The notes: a model not told the origin generated them from the sequence alone. A stretch of 20,000 bases of DNA from Chiloscyllium plagiosum (GCF_004010195.1 NC_057719.1:18931011-18951010); one strand, 5' to 3'. Shown: positions 10,305-20,000, numbered from the stretch's first letter. Program-made: numbers and translations.

Positions 10305-11436
10305 ACTTTTGGAATACTGTGTTTAATTCTGGTCTTCCTGCTATAGGAAGGATATTGCGAAACTTTAAAGGGTACAGGAAAGATTTACAAGGATGTTGCC
10401 AGGGTTAGAAAGTTGGAACTATAGGGAGACGCTGAATAGGCTGGGGCTATTTTCTCCCACAGCACCAGAGATAAACCTTTATAAAGGTTTAAAAAATCAT
10501 AAGGTACATGGATAAGGCGAATAGTCGAGGTCTTTTCTCTAGGATCGAGGAGTCCAAAACTAGACGGCATAGGTTAAGGTGTGAGGGTAAAGATTTAAAA
10601 GCGACCTAAGGGGCAACATTTTCACACAGAGGATGCTGCATGTATGGAATGAACTGCCAGAGGAAGTGGTGGAAGTGCTATAGACCAGGCCAGGCCACAT
10701 GCCCTCAAAACAGTTTAAGAAGGTAGCTCAGAATCTGACTTTTCTAGTTGCTTTAAGCAGATGTAAGATGAATATTCCAGGAGTAAGGCAGCTGGTCAAA
10801 CCACTTGGTTTTAAACAAAACAGAATTTATTTGCACAAGAGCAAAAGAAAACTGAATTTAGAATAACAGAACTAATTGAAAACCCAACTGACATGATTTC
10901 TTCCAACATCCCATAAACACACCCCTTGGCAAAAAGGTAAATTCAAACACAGTTTCTTACAGCAGAGAGATGTCAGAGAGAGAGAGGATCAGCATGGAGC
11001 TGTTTCTTTGGGTCACCAGCTTAAACCAATCCAAAACTAGAAAAAACCCTGAACTGGGAGAACTGGCCACTCCCCTTTCATAGTGCAAATTAAAAAAAAA
11101 CTGAAAGCCTTTTCTGATTGTGGACGAGGCAACATCTGTTAGCTATTATTAAAGTACCCACTTCAGAAATTTCGGCACTTCTGCCTTGATGACCCCTCTC
11201 GAAGAAGAAAGAACAGAATTACCGTTTTAAAGAAGCAGTATCATCACAGAGGCTGGGACAATTACAACATTTAAAAGACATCTGGATACATACATGAATA
11301 GGAAGTGTTTAGAAGGATAGGGACCAAATGCTGGCAAATGGGACTAGATTAAGTTAGGACATCTGATCGGCATGATGGGTTAGACCAAGGGTTCTGTTTC
11401 CGTGCTGTTCATCTCTACGACTCTATGACTCTAAGA
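10305..11436 (+). mobile_element. CR1-clade (HER-like) LINE 3' end, split by an LTR insertion (pieces 10305-10675 and 11249-11436)
   Basis: Peptides LLEYCV*FW..YRKDI, RFTRMLPGL and WNELPEEVVE|AGTITTFKRHLD join across the insertion. The element ends in the CR1-type microsatellite tail CTCTACGACTCTATGACTCTAAGA. Confidence 0.9.
10676..11248 (-). mobile_element. Solo LTR (573 bp; Gypsy/ERV-type)
   Basis: TG...CA termini (minus strand TGTGA...TAGCA), a 4-bp TSD GAAG (10672-10675) / GAGG (11249-11252), and AATAAA on the minus strand at 10831-10826. It interrupts CR1 coding sequence cleanly. Confidence 0.8.
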
Positions 11437-11440
11437 TGTC

Positions 11441-12222
11441 TTCGGTAGTGGGCAAGTTGTTGGAGGGAATCCTGAGGGACTGGATGTACATGTATTTGGA
11501 AAGACCAGGACTGATTAGGGATAGTCAACATGGCTTTGTGCATGGGAAATCATGTCTCACCAACTTGATTGAGTTTTTTGAAGAGGTAACAAAGAGGATT
11601 GATGAGGGCAGAGTGGTAGATGTGATCTATATGGACTTCAGTAAGGTGTTCGACAAGGTTACCCATGGGAGACTGATTAACAAGGTTAGATATCATGGAA
11701 TACAGGGAGAACTAGCCATTTGGATACAGAACTGGCTCAAAGGTAGAAGACAGAGGGTGGTGGTGGAGGGTTGTTTTTCAGACTGGAGGCCTGTGACCAG
11801 TGGAGTGCCACAAGGATCGGTGCTGGGTCCTCTACTTTTTTGTCATTTACATAAATGATTTGGATGCGAGCATAAGAGGTACAGTTAGTAAGTTTGCAGG
11901 TGATACCAAAATTGGAGGTGTAGTGGACAGCGAAGAGGGTTACCTAAGATTACAACAGGATCTTGACCAGATGGGTCAATGGGCAGAGAAGTGGCAGATG
12001 AAGTTTAATTCAGATAAATGCGAGGTGCTGCATTTTGGGAAATCAAATCTTAGGACTTAAACACTTAATGGGAGTGTTGCTGAACAAAGAGACCTTGGAG
12101 TGCAGGTTCATAGCTCCTTGAAAGTGGAGTCGCAGGTAGATAGAATAGTGAAGAAGGCGTTTGGTATGCTTTCCTTTATTGGTCAGAGTATTGAGTACAG
12201 GAGTTGGGAGGTCATGTTGTGA
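11441..12222 (+). pseudogene. CR1-clade LINE ORF2 reverse-transcriptase fragment (truncated at both ends, frameshifted)
   Basis: ORFs 11436..11858 and 11800..12060 contain QHGF, YMDFSKVFDKV, GVPQGSVLGPLLF, YINDL and KFAGDTK (FADD decayed). There is a frameshift at the T-run ~11836-11841 and a stop at 12058-12060. Homology continues with ERDLGV...EYRSWEVML*L to ~12222. Confidence 0.95.
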
Positions 12223-12368
12223 CTCTGGAAAAGTGATGAGATTTAAAAAGGATGGTTTCTGACCAGAATCATCAGATTTATTAATCCATGGCAGACTCAA
12301 TGATCTATCAGTTAAGTGTGAATGACTCCAGAGCACTGTTAATGACTGACCAACTTCATCAGTTTATT

Positions 12369-12495
12369 GGTTCTAATAAAGAATCACTACTCTTGAAGCA
12401 TTAACTCTGTTTTCTTCCCAAAGGTGTTGCCAGACTTGCTGAGTTTCTCCAGCAATTTCTGTTTTCATTTCAGATCTCCATAATCTGCAATTTCC
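12369..12495 (+). mobile_element. Old, strongly decayed PLE-type hammerhead cassette
   Basis: GGTT-CTAATAAAGAATCACTACTCTT-GAAGCATTAACTCTG...GTTGCCAGACTTGCTGAGTTTCTCCAGCAATTTCTGTTTTCATTTCAGATCTCCA..ATCTGCA aligns by eye with 511-630. The ribozyme core is destroyed. Confidence 0.65.
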
Positions 12496-13279
12496 AATAA
12501 TTGTTTTCTTTTATCATTTCTTTATGCTGGAAGGTGTGTTGTTTCAGGTAGGTATACAGCATAACCCCAGAACATGTTTGGAGTCACTATGCTTCATCTC
12601 ATTCCAATTTGTGAACAGATCTCTGGAAGGAGAAAGTGTGAATTCCTGATCAAACAACCAGAAATGCAGCCTGTGCGGAATTCAGAACATCTTGATCCAG
12701 AGACTCCTCCAGATTTGTTTTGTTTAAACTGAACCAAATGAAATGTGAATGAAAACTTGCCTTCTCCATGAATGTGTGCATATTACATTACAATATCAAT
12801 GCAATCCTTCTTCTCCAAATGTAGAAAAATTGGAAAAGTAAAGCATCATCTGAAATGTAAACTGGAAGTTCGTAGCAACTTGTGCTCTTTTTATTACATG
12901 CATTTTAAATGTAAAATATTAACACCAAGAGTAAATTTCTGTCAGTTGCTAAAGTCTGAAGTACTAGAATAACATTATTGCAACATTGTGCTTGTAATTA
13001 TAACCAGCATATGCAACTTGAAAACATTCATTTTAATGATTATATAGAAATCAGACTGCAGTGAAGCAATTTACATTCTGTTCACCTGCAGACATTGGAC
13101 ATGTTTTGTGGAGGGATTTTTGCAACAAGGCTTTTCAGGTTTTCTCTCCATATCTTACCAAAGTTGCCTCAATATCTACCTGCCTAATGCCTCATGTCCA
13201 CTTCAGAATTTACCAGCCTCTGTTGTACCCTCACCACCTTTAAGTGGTCTCTGAGCCCTTGCTGGCACTTGACCTATAC

Positions 13280-13800
13280 ATGGCAGACAAATGGAAATTG
13301 ATGCCCATTTCGTGGGCAGTGTCTTGAAAGCCCAACTGGATGGGCGAATGCAGATATAAGAGTTCCTCTTTGCCAAGAGCCACCAGTGGAGGCCACAGCA
13401 CCAGACAATGTCAGTCTGTTCTGGGTTTGCCACACAAGCAGCCTCAGTAATGTAAGAAAAGGATCAATGTCCTTACCTACTGCCCCAATGTAAGTGTCAC
13501 TGTTTTCACTGCAATATGTTACACTCACTCTATCTCTGCTCCTGTACCGCCTCCCCACCAAGGCTCAGGCTCTACCACTCCCTGTATTACCTGCAACCTC
13601 GACCCTCACTCACTGTCACCCACACCAATCTTGAAACCATTGACATTGCATGCCCTCTGTGTCACTTGGTCACTCATTCAGGAGAATTCCCTACCTACAC
13701 AAAAGTTAATAGCTATGCCACACACACATTCAATTCTCATAATACCTGCCTCTTTCCCGCACCAGGAGAAAACAGCCCATAGTAGGGCAGAAAGACTTCG
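13280..13800 (+). pseudogene. Decayed PIF/Harbinger Myb/SANT-like DNA-binding gene with a phase-0 intron (13490-13765)
   Basis: From ATG 13280, with frameshifts: MADKWKL..HFVGSVLKAQLDG..*EFLF..HQWRPQHQT....CKKRINVL..N | GTAAGT...CTCAT...TCTTTCCCGCACCAG | EKTAHSRAER. This resembles Harbinger MSANT proteins (RF...L..L.D.V..R..LF...W..VA...QCRKR.NDL...EK.AHNR.ER). Confidence 0.65.
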
Positions 13801-14575
13801 CTCCCTCCCCGCTCTCCCCCCCCCCCCCGATTCACTGAGATCAAGGCAAGCTTCCTGTCTTTGTGTCTGCACTAAAGAGCAACGTAATGTGAGCAGGGTA
13901 TCTCTGGGTGAAGGGAGAAAGCACAAGCAAAGCAAGGCAACATGAGACAGGGACAGTCTGGACATTCAGGTAGGCACTGGGTGCATGAGTGCTATGAAAG
14001 TGATTGAGGAGCCCAGAAATGCAGCCTAGTCCAGTCCAGGTGTTGTGTCCTTGCAGCCGTACTACAATGATAGTTGTCAGTGAAACCCGAAATGTAGCAT
14101 TCAGGGGCAGAATTGTTCTGTAAGTGGATCACAGAAATACCACAAGGGATCTTAGAGGCTGGATGTGGAGTGTCTGCAGCTAGTGCCCAAGGAGTGGACA
14201 CTGAGATGTTGGTGCCTAGTGTCCAACATAGAGGCCACTTCGGCAAGCAGTGAGTTGAATTCACCAGATATCTGCTCTAATTTCCAATTCAAGGTTTACT
14301 GATGTCTAGCTTACTCAAGGAAGGTAGAAATATGAATATTAATAAGGTGGGTTTGGCTATCAAAAAGCATTAAACAAGTAATAATTCCCCTTATTGTTGC
14401 CTATTCCTAACTTGCCGTGCCATTTGCGAAAAGCAAATAAGATGTAGTGATATGCATTTGATGTAGAGATGGGTACTGCTAGAATTCTCAACTAATTCTG
14501 CTCTAACTCCCATCATGACCCATATCACTCAGATCCCTGTGCCCAGTGTCAGGCATTCAAGAACTTTTAAATATT

Positions 14576-14888
14576 ATAGAAACCCTACAGTGTAGAAGCA
14601 GGCCATTTGGTCCATCAAATCCATGCCAAACAAAGAACACCCTACCACAGTCACCTCCATCTTTGTATCCATACATTTCCCCATGTACGCTAATCCACCT
14701 ACCCCAGACATCCCTGAACACTATAGGGCAATTAACATGGCCAGTCCAACTAACCTGCACATCTTTGTGGAAGGAAACCGGAGCATCTAGAGGAAACCCA
14801 CATAGACACATGGAGAATGTACAAACTCCACACAGTCAGTTGCCAAGGCTGGAATCAAACCCAGGTCCCTGGCGCTGTGAGAGCAGTG
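14576..14888 (-). mobile_element. HE1-like V-SINE (tRNA-derived, elasmobranch), 5' clipped
   Basis: Minus strand shows a B-box GGTTTGATTCC (14861-14851), the V-domain GTGTGGAGTTTGTACATTCTCCATGTGTCTATGTGGGTTTCCTCTAGATGCTCCGGTTTCCTTCCACA, and a LINE-derived tail GGACCAAATGGCCTGCTTCTACACTGTAGGGTTTCTAT. Confidence 0.85.
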
Positions 14889-15149
14889 GTCTCTCTCTTT
14901 CCACAGCAGATGTTTGTACATTTCAATGACTTGTACCATTTCTTGACTACTTCTGTTTATGTTCCCACATGTCTCACTGCCCACAGAAGTATTGGACCTT
15001 GATTGTTGTGTTTTTACTTTCCTCTTTATTCCATGCATCTGTTGCTGAATCCATATCTCACCGGCAACCAATCATTATGTGTCTCTTCCGGATGTTGCCA
15101 GAGTTCCTGCCTTACAATGCTTGGAGATATTTCCAGCCTTATTATGTGA

Positions 15150-15325
15150 TTATGCATCTCCACATCTGTACCCAAGTAGTTTTCGGACAAATCAGTAGTT
15201 TTTATGGTCATTGTTAACGAGGTATGCAATTGCAGATTTATTAATGAACTGAATTTAAATTCTCCAAGCTGCCTTGGCTGAGTTCAAAGCTTAAGTGCCA
15301 GTAACATAACCATTATGTAACCATT
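15150..15325 (-). mobile_element. Old tRNA-derived SINE relic
   Basis: TTTTATGGTCATTGTTA...CAGATTTATTAATGAACTGAATTTAAATTCTCCAAGCTGCC...CCAGTAACATAACCATTATG resembles a reversed shark SINE 5' half. Recalled similarity only. Confidence 0.45.
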
Positions 15326-15428
15326 CTTTGGTGCAAGCTTTCCTATGGAAATTCATAATGAAGATTTAAGTGCTTGAAATGATATTTTACACACGTGGTC
15401 ACCTTCACAAAAAGCAACATTCCTCATA

Positions 15429-15546
15429 TGCAGATACTGCAGATGTCATTCTTGATGAAGGGCTTTTGCCCAAAACGTCGATTTTCCTGCTCCTCAGATG
15501 CTGCCTGACCTGCTGTGCTTTACTAGCACCACTCTAATCATGACTC
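15429..15546 (+). mobile_element. Short PLE-type hammerhead cassette, 3' clipped, with inverted tail fragments at the 5' junction; 9-bp TSD
   Basis: ATTC-TTGATGA(15452-15458)-A-GGGC-TTTT-GCCC-AAAA-CGTC (G12 lost, probably by CpG decay), same subfamily as 2926-3057. TTCCTCATA occurs at 15420-15428 and 15547-15555. Confidence 0.8.
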
Positions 15547-17309
15547 TTCCTCATACAGTGCCCAGGCTTGCTTATGTGCCTGGGGAAGCCTGGAAATCTG
15601 AAACAGATCCTTTTCCTTTTTATAGCGCCTACAAATTCAGTGTCAGGGAGAGCACTGTAAGGCCAACAGCGTCATTTTTGAAGGTGCCCCACACAACAAA
15701 AAAGCCAGCTTTTATCTTCTTCTTATAAGGTTAGGATCAATTGTTCTGTAAAGCTAATCACCAGTATCTAGTTATAAGCTGTGTTTTCCTGACGTTTGAG
15801 AAAAAAAATTGTAAATAAAGTAACCGCAGTATAATAGCCGCAGCATTCCAAAATTCTCATAATGTTTTCAGTGTCTGTAATAATCTCACCCACAAATGTA
15901 CATTAGGTCAATCATCATTGGGAGGCAATCCAAACTCGACACAAGAAAACACACATGCATGTTAATGCTATTTGGAGGCACAGAGCCGTGAGAAATCAAT
16001 GAGTGCATATGGTGATTTACCACGGATTTAAGCTGGTTGCAAACAGCATTGATATCATTGATTTTTTTTTCAGGATCCTTGCTTTTGTTTTGTCAAAAAT
16101 ACACAGTGATAGCTTTAACTCTTTAAATCTCCACCAACTATAGTCCAAGTCCAGTGTGGCTGAATTGTCACATTGCACTGGAAGCTCATTTTTCTTCAAT
16201 TCTACTTGAAGTCTGTGATGAAACTTGAACAATTCAATCCCCTTTCTGGATTTATCCTATGTCTTGCTTTTCTCAGGTATCTCTCACTTTTTCTAAACCC
16301 TGTTCCCTAACCCTTCCCTGGTGAGCAGCACTCTTTCCTGGCCAACATTTTTGTCCAATGTGACATAATCTTGTCAACAAGAAACCTTTCATGTTTGACA
16401 ATTTATTTATTTTTAACATTTTAACATCACACCCGACCCAAGCACACATTTCTCGTGTTGAAAATCGCCTCTGTATTTCCACAAGAACAAAAAGAAACGC
16501 AGTTTGGCCGTCTGAGAACTATTGCGAATTGCAACATGAGATTGTGTCAGTCAATTATGGGCTGGCACTCATAAATCACTACTGTGAGCTACCGAGTGTC
16601 CAGAATCAATAGGCAGCTAAAATGGAACATTTTGCATATTCACTCACCTGAAGCTGTGAAAAAAAAATCTATTTGCCAATTACTTTGGTTGAATATGAGT
16701 TCAGTACATATTCAACTGTATGTGACCATCTAGAAAATTGAGTTGTTAGATCATTTTCATGCCAATTTCGTTCCTCCTTACTCTGAACTTTTCCCAAGTG
16801 TGTGCCCATGGTTCTGCAAAGGACAAAAAGGCAAAAGATAAGCAACACTAAGCAGCCATTTAATATTAATAAACAGCTTTGTTCTATTTTTATTATATCG
16901 AATGTAGCTTTAGATATCATTATCAATATTTGCACCATACCAGAATCTCTAGATGTTTTAACTGCCTAATTATTTAATTTCTAGGCAGAGCATCTACACT
17001 GTAATTTTTTAAATATTTTGTTACAATTGTGTCTGCACAATCTATTTGCAGCTCTGGTCTTTTTTTCTTTTGCAGTATAAATGCTAAGGCCTTTGTAATT
17101 TCGTTTGTAGTTGCACAAATGAATTGCTGTTCAGATGAGCAGAGATGCAATAATGAAAATCTTCAATCAAATACAATGGATGGAATCACATAGGAATCTG
17201 AGCGATGGGAAGTCTGACGAGGGGCCCATCTCAATGTTGGGAGTATCTTACACCAATGTGAATGCTTCTCACAAGTAGCATGGCACATTTCTCTCTCTCG
17301 TTATTTTTA

Positions 17310-17456
17310 GTTATCCATTGCTGACTGGGTCAGCATTAATTGCCCATGCCTGGTTGCCCTTGAGTAAGTGTTGGTGAATTGCCTTCTTGAACCGCTGCAG
17401 TCCATGCTCCACAATGCGCTCAGGGAGGGAATTCCAGGATTCTGACCCAGAAGCGA
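17310..17456 (-). mobile_element. CR1/L2-type LINE ORF2 C-terminus and 3' end fragment
   Basis: The minus strand translates to SGSESWNSLPERIVEHGLQRFKKAIHQHLLKGN, the WNSLP...FK terminal motif of CR1/L2 ORF2. Confidence 0.75.
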
Positions 17457-17769
17457 TTTGCGAATTAAGGGTGATTACTGCTTGTGAAACATCTTGTTTA
17501 CTGCATGACCCACCTCATTAATATTGAGTTTCCTATCTTGTCAAACACGCCAAATATGGTTGTTGTTGAAAGAACTTGATATGGAAACCAGAGTGGGTAC
17601 CTGGTGATTCGTTCGGTGCTTATTCTGGCAACCTCCATGCTGAGTTTGATCAAACAGCACTGCACAGAATGATCCACAGGCACAAGCCATAGGTACCCAG
17701 CATGCATGAACATTGGCATCAGATGCTTGCTACCTCATAATGATACATCTCTCTAATACATTTACAGAC

Positions 17770-18420
17770 ACTTATGAATGACAGGCATCTTGCAGGGTGC
17801 ATTGACAACTGGTATTGGAAGGTTGCAGCAGGACATTCCTCTCCTGGTACCCTGTGAAAGGTACTGCTGCACTATATTTCCACGCCACAGGCTTTTCCCC
17901 AGGAGCCACAGGTGTGCCAATGATGAATGCCATCTGTGCAAGGCCACACCAGTTCAGTTTTCTTCCCCCATGGCGAGGGCATGCCCTCAGGTGTAGTATG
18001 CCATTGGCTGCACACACGTGGCACTGAGAGCTCCATGCCACAACACTGTGGAAATTCATCAACAGGAAGGAGTTCCATTGCAGGTGATCCGCCGTCGGTG
18101 CTATCACTTCATGGGTAGTAGCATCTCACTACCCTGGTAGATACCACAACTTCTACATCCTGGGAGCACTCTCACATATCTGCTATGTTTGAGGGCCTGT
18201 GCCTGCAGCAAGGGTGGCTACTGGGGCAAATGCTGCCCACTGTGACCATAGCTCTCTTCAGCAATGCACAGCCCCCTGACTGATGCAGAATGAAAATAAC
18301 AATGTTATCCATGGTTTTGAAGGGTGGAGGGAAGAACGGGTGTAGTCTTCCAACGGTGAGGAGGAAAACAAGGATATGGGGAAGAGGACCTTGGCCATTG
18401 TGGAGCACAGCTATATTGAG
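17770..18420 (+). pseudogene. Decayed PIF/Harbinger (HARBI1-like) DDE transposase
   Basis: Ordered motifs across frameshifts: PVKGTAALYFHATGFSPGATG (17851), CPQV*YAIGCTHVALRAP (cf. FPxVxGAIDCTHV), KFINRKEFH (18052; cf. FxNRKGFHS), YPGRYHNFYIL (18130; cf. PGSxHDSxIL), GWLLG (18212; cf. WLLGDxGYP) and PLTDAE*K (cf. PxTxAExxYN). The catalytic Asp residues are mutated. Confidence 0.85.
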
Positions 18421-18446
18421 TGCTACAAACCAGAGAGGACTTCATT

Positions 18447-18551
18447 GACACAAAAGCAGAGAATGCTGGAAAACCTCAGCAGGACTGGTAGTATTCTGTG
18501 GCAAGAGAAACATAGTTAATATTTCAAGCCCAGAATGACTCATCTTCAGAC
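18447..18551 (-). mobile_element. Old PLE-type hammerhead cassette
   Basis: Minus strand reads CTGAAGA-T-GAGTC-ATTCTG-GGCTT-GAAA-TATT-AACTATG (core 18549-18518), followed by CCACAGAATACTACCAGTCCTGCTGAGGTTTTCCAGCATTCTCTGCTTTTGT, homologous to 555-612. Confidence 0.7.
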
Positions 18552-18649
18552 ATTATTCTATCCTGGCAGTTCTGGTGGAGCGGTGGCAAGTGTGGTAAGG
18601 GTTAATTTCAAATGAGGCATCCAAGATGGCGTTAGGTGATTATTTGATC

Positions 18650-18785
18650 AGACACAACATGCATGATTATGGACAATGTAACAGGAGAACAGCACCAATC
18701 TAGGAAGCTCATCCAGACCACTGGTATAAGCATAAAGGGCTGAATGGCCCCTTTTTGCACCATAACAATTCTGTGATTTTGTAAT
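18650..18785 (+). mobile_element. LINE/SINE 3' tail fragment
   Basis: GGGCTGAATGGCCCC...ACAATTCTGTGATTTTGTAAT is the typical CR1/V-SINE terminal hairpin plus (ATTCTRTG)n-like tail. Confidence 0.5.
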
Positions 18786-18999
18786 ATTCCTAAATCTGCA
18801 GTGTGATAGATCCTCGTGGCAAGGTTGGTGACTAAAGGACAACAATTGACAAGAAAACAAATGGGAGACAAAGAAAAAGAAAAGAATTGGCATGTTCATT
18901 CAAGGCCATGGGCTGAAACAACCAGCATTATGCTTTAGATAACTTTAGATATAGCCTGTTAAAATACCTACTTTAGAACGACCTATCTCACAGTCAACA

Positions 19000-19405
19000 G
19001 GAAGACATCACAGGCAGAGTGCAGGACATCCTCAAGGACGAAGGTGAAGAGCCAGAGGTGGTGGTACATGTCAGCACAAATGATGTCGGGAAGAAGAGGA
19101 GGAACATACTACAGCGGGACTTTGGAGAACTAGGAAGAAGGCTGAAAAGCAGGACGTCCATGGTGGTTATCTCCGGTTTGCTTCCAGTTCCTCGGGCTGG
19201 TGAGGCCAGAAACAGGGAGATAATGGACTTGAATGTGTGGCTGGGGAACTGGTGCAGGAAGCAAGGATTTAAATTCTTGGATCACTGGGGTATGTTTTGT
19301 GGTAAGCTTAAATTATATAAGAGAGACGGTTTGCACCTTAATAGGTTAGGGACCAGCATTCTGGCAGGCAGGTTTGCTACTGTAACACAGCTACATTTAA
19401 ACTAA
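19000..19405 (+). CDS. CR1-clade LINE ORF1, SGNH/GDSL esterase-like domain (5' truncated)
   Basis: ORF 19019..19405 contains VVVHVSTNDV (block III GxND), VVISGLLP and YKRDGLHLN (block V DxxH), and ends HLN* (TAA 19403-19405). Confidence 0.9.
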
Positions 19406-20000
19406 GTAGCGGGGGGAAGAGGACAAACTGGATGTTTAAGAAGGAAATTGAAGGGAAAGTTAGAACAAGGGAAGTCAAGAAAGACAACTGTATCAATGAG
19501 ACAACTGTATCAAAAAGGGATCATGCTGTAAGGTTGAGTGAAATAGGAGTTGATGGGAAGGGTGAGGCCAGTAACAAATTAAAAACACTATACATGAATG
19601 TGCGAAGCATTAGAAATAAGATGGATGAGCTTGAGGCTCTTTTGGAAATTGGCAGATACGATATTGTGGGGATAACTGAGACGTGGCTTCAAGTGAACTG
19701 GGCCTGGGAAATGAATATTCAAGGCTATACGTGCTTTCGTAAGGACAGACTGACGGGCAGAAAGGGTGGGGTGGCCATGTTGGTAAGGGATGATATTCAG
19801 TCCCTTGCATGGGGGGAACTAGAATCAGGGGATGTAAAGTCAGTATGGATAGAGCTGAGAAATTCTAAGGGTAAAAAGACCCTCTTGGGAGTTATCTACA
19901 GGCCCCCAAACAGTAGTCTGGATGTTGGATGTAAGTTGAATCAGGAGCTGAAATTGGCCTGTCGCAAAGATGTTACTACAGTTGTATGGGGGATTTCAAC
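19402..20000 (+). CDS. CR1-clade LINE ORF2 N-terminus, APE-type endonuclease (runs off the window; frameshift near 19986)
   Basis: Open frame from 19402 (first ATG 19432): LYMNVRSIRNK, YDIVGITETWL, GYTCFRKDR, KGGVAMLV, SVWIEL and GVIYRPP. MGDFN is shifted by a 1-nt deletion. It is missing from the ORF track because no stop falls within the window. Confidence 0.9.

Noticed and set aside
13800..13829. C-rich tract (G-quadruplex potential on the minus strand)
   Set aside because: A simple low-complexity homopolymer run with no evidence of function.
14546..15229. Cluster of overlapping ORFs
   Set aside because: They overlie the HE1-like SINE and another SINE relic and are non-coding.
16371..16401. 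Short imperfect hairpin TTGTCAA...TTGACAA (similar ones at 5670-5688, 2850-2898 and 14196-14225)
   Set aside because: Stems of 6-8 bp are expected by chance in 20 kb of AT-rich DNA and are too short for a pre-miRNA.
1..20000. Prokaryotic-type systems (CRISPR array, operons, defence islands) and true tRNA/rRNA genes
   Set aside because: There are no regularly spaced repeats or gene-dense ORFs. The tRNA-like boxes belong to SINE heads, and the sequence is vertebrate repeat-rich DNA.

Overview
This is eukaryotic, AT-rich, non-genic (intronic or intergenic) vertebrate DNA. The repeat complement (HE1-like V-SINE, HER/CR1 LINEs, DeuSINE-like relics) points to a cartilaginous fish, most likely a shark; this is inferred from recalled repeat families. 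I can support no host exon, and nearly all listed ORFs are spurious or transposon debris. Contents: a Penelope-like (GIY-YIG) 3' remnant, five further short Penelope-type cassettes, several CR1/L2 LINE fragments (including a young ORF1 esterase plus ORF2 endonuclease at the right end), a solo LTR nested in a CR1, SINEs, a hAT-like MITE, and decayed copies of both PIF/Harbinger genes (Myb/SANT with its intron, and the DDE transposase). Two signals stand out. First, a minimal type-I hammerhead-ribozyme motif (CTGANGA-A-stem II-GAAACGTH) recurs at six loci as a ~100-130 nt mobile module, three of them with target-site duplications and one as a 96-bp head-to-head inverted repeat. Second, a T-TTA-AAC slippery heptamer sits at the CR1 ORF1 stop, with ORF2 open in the -1 frame.
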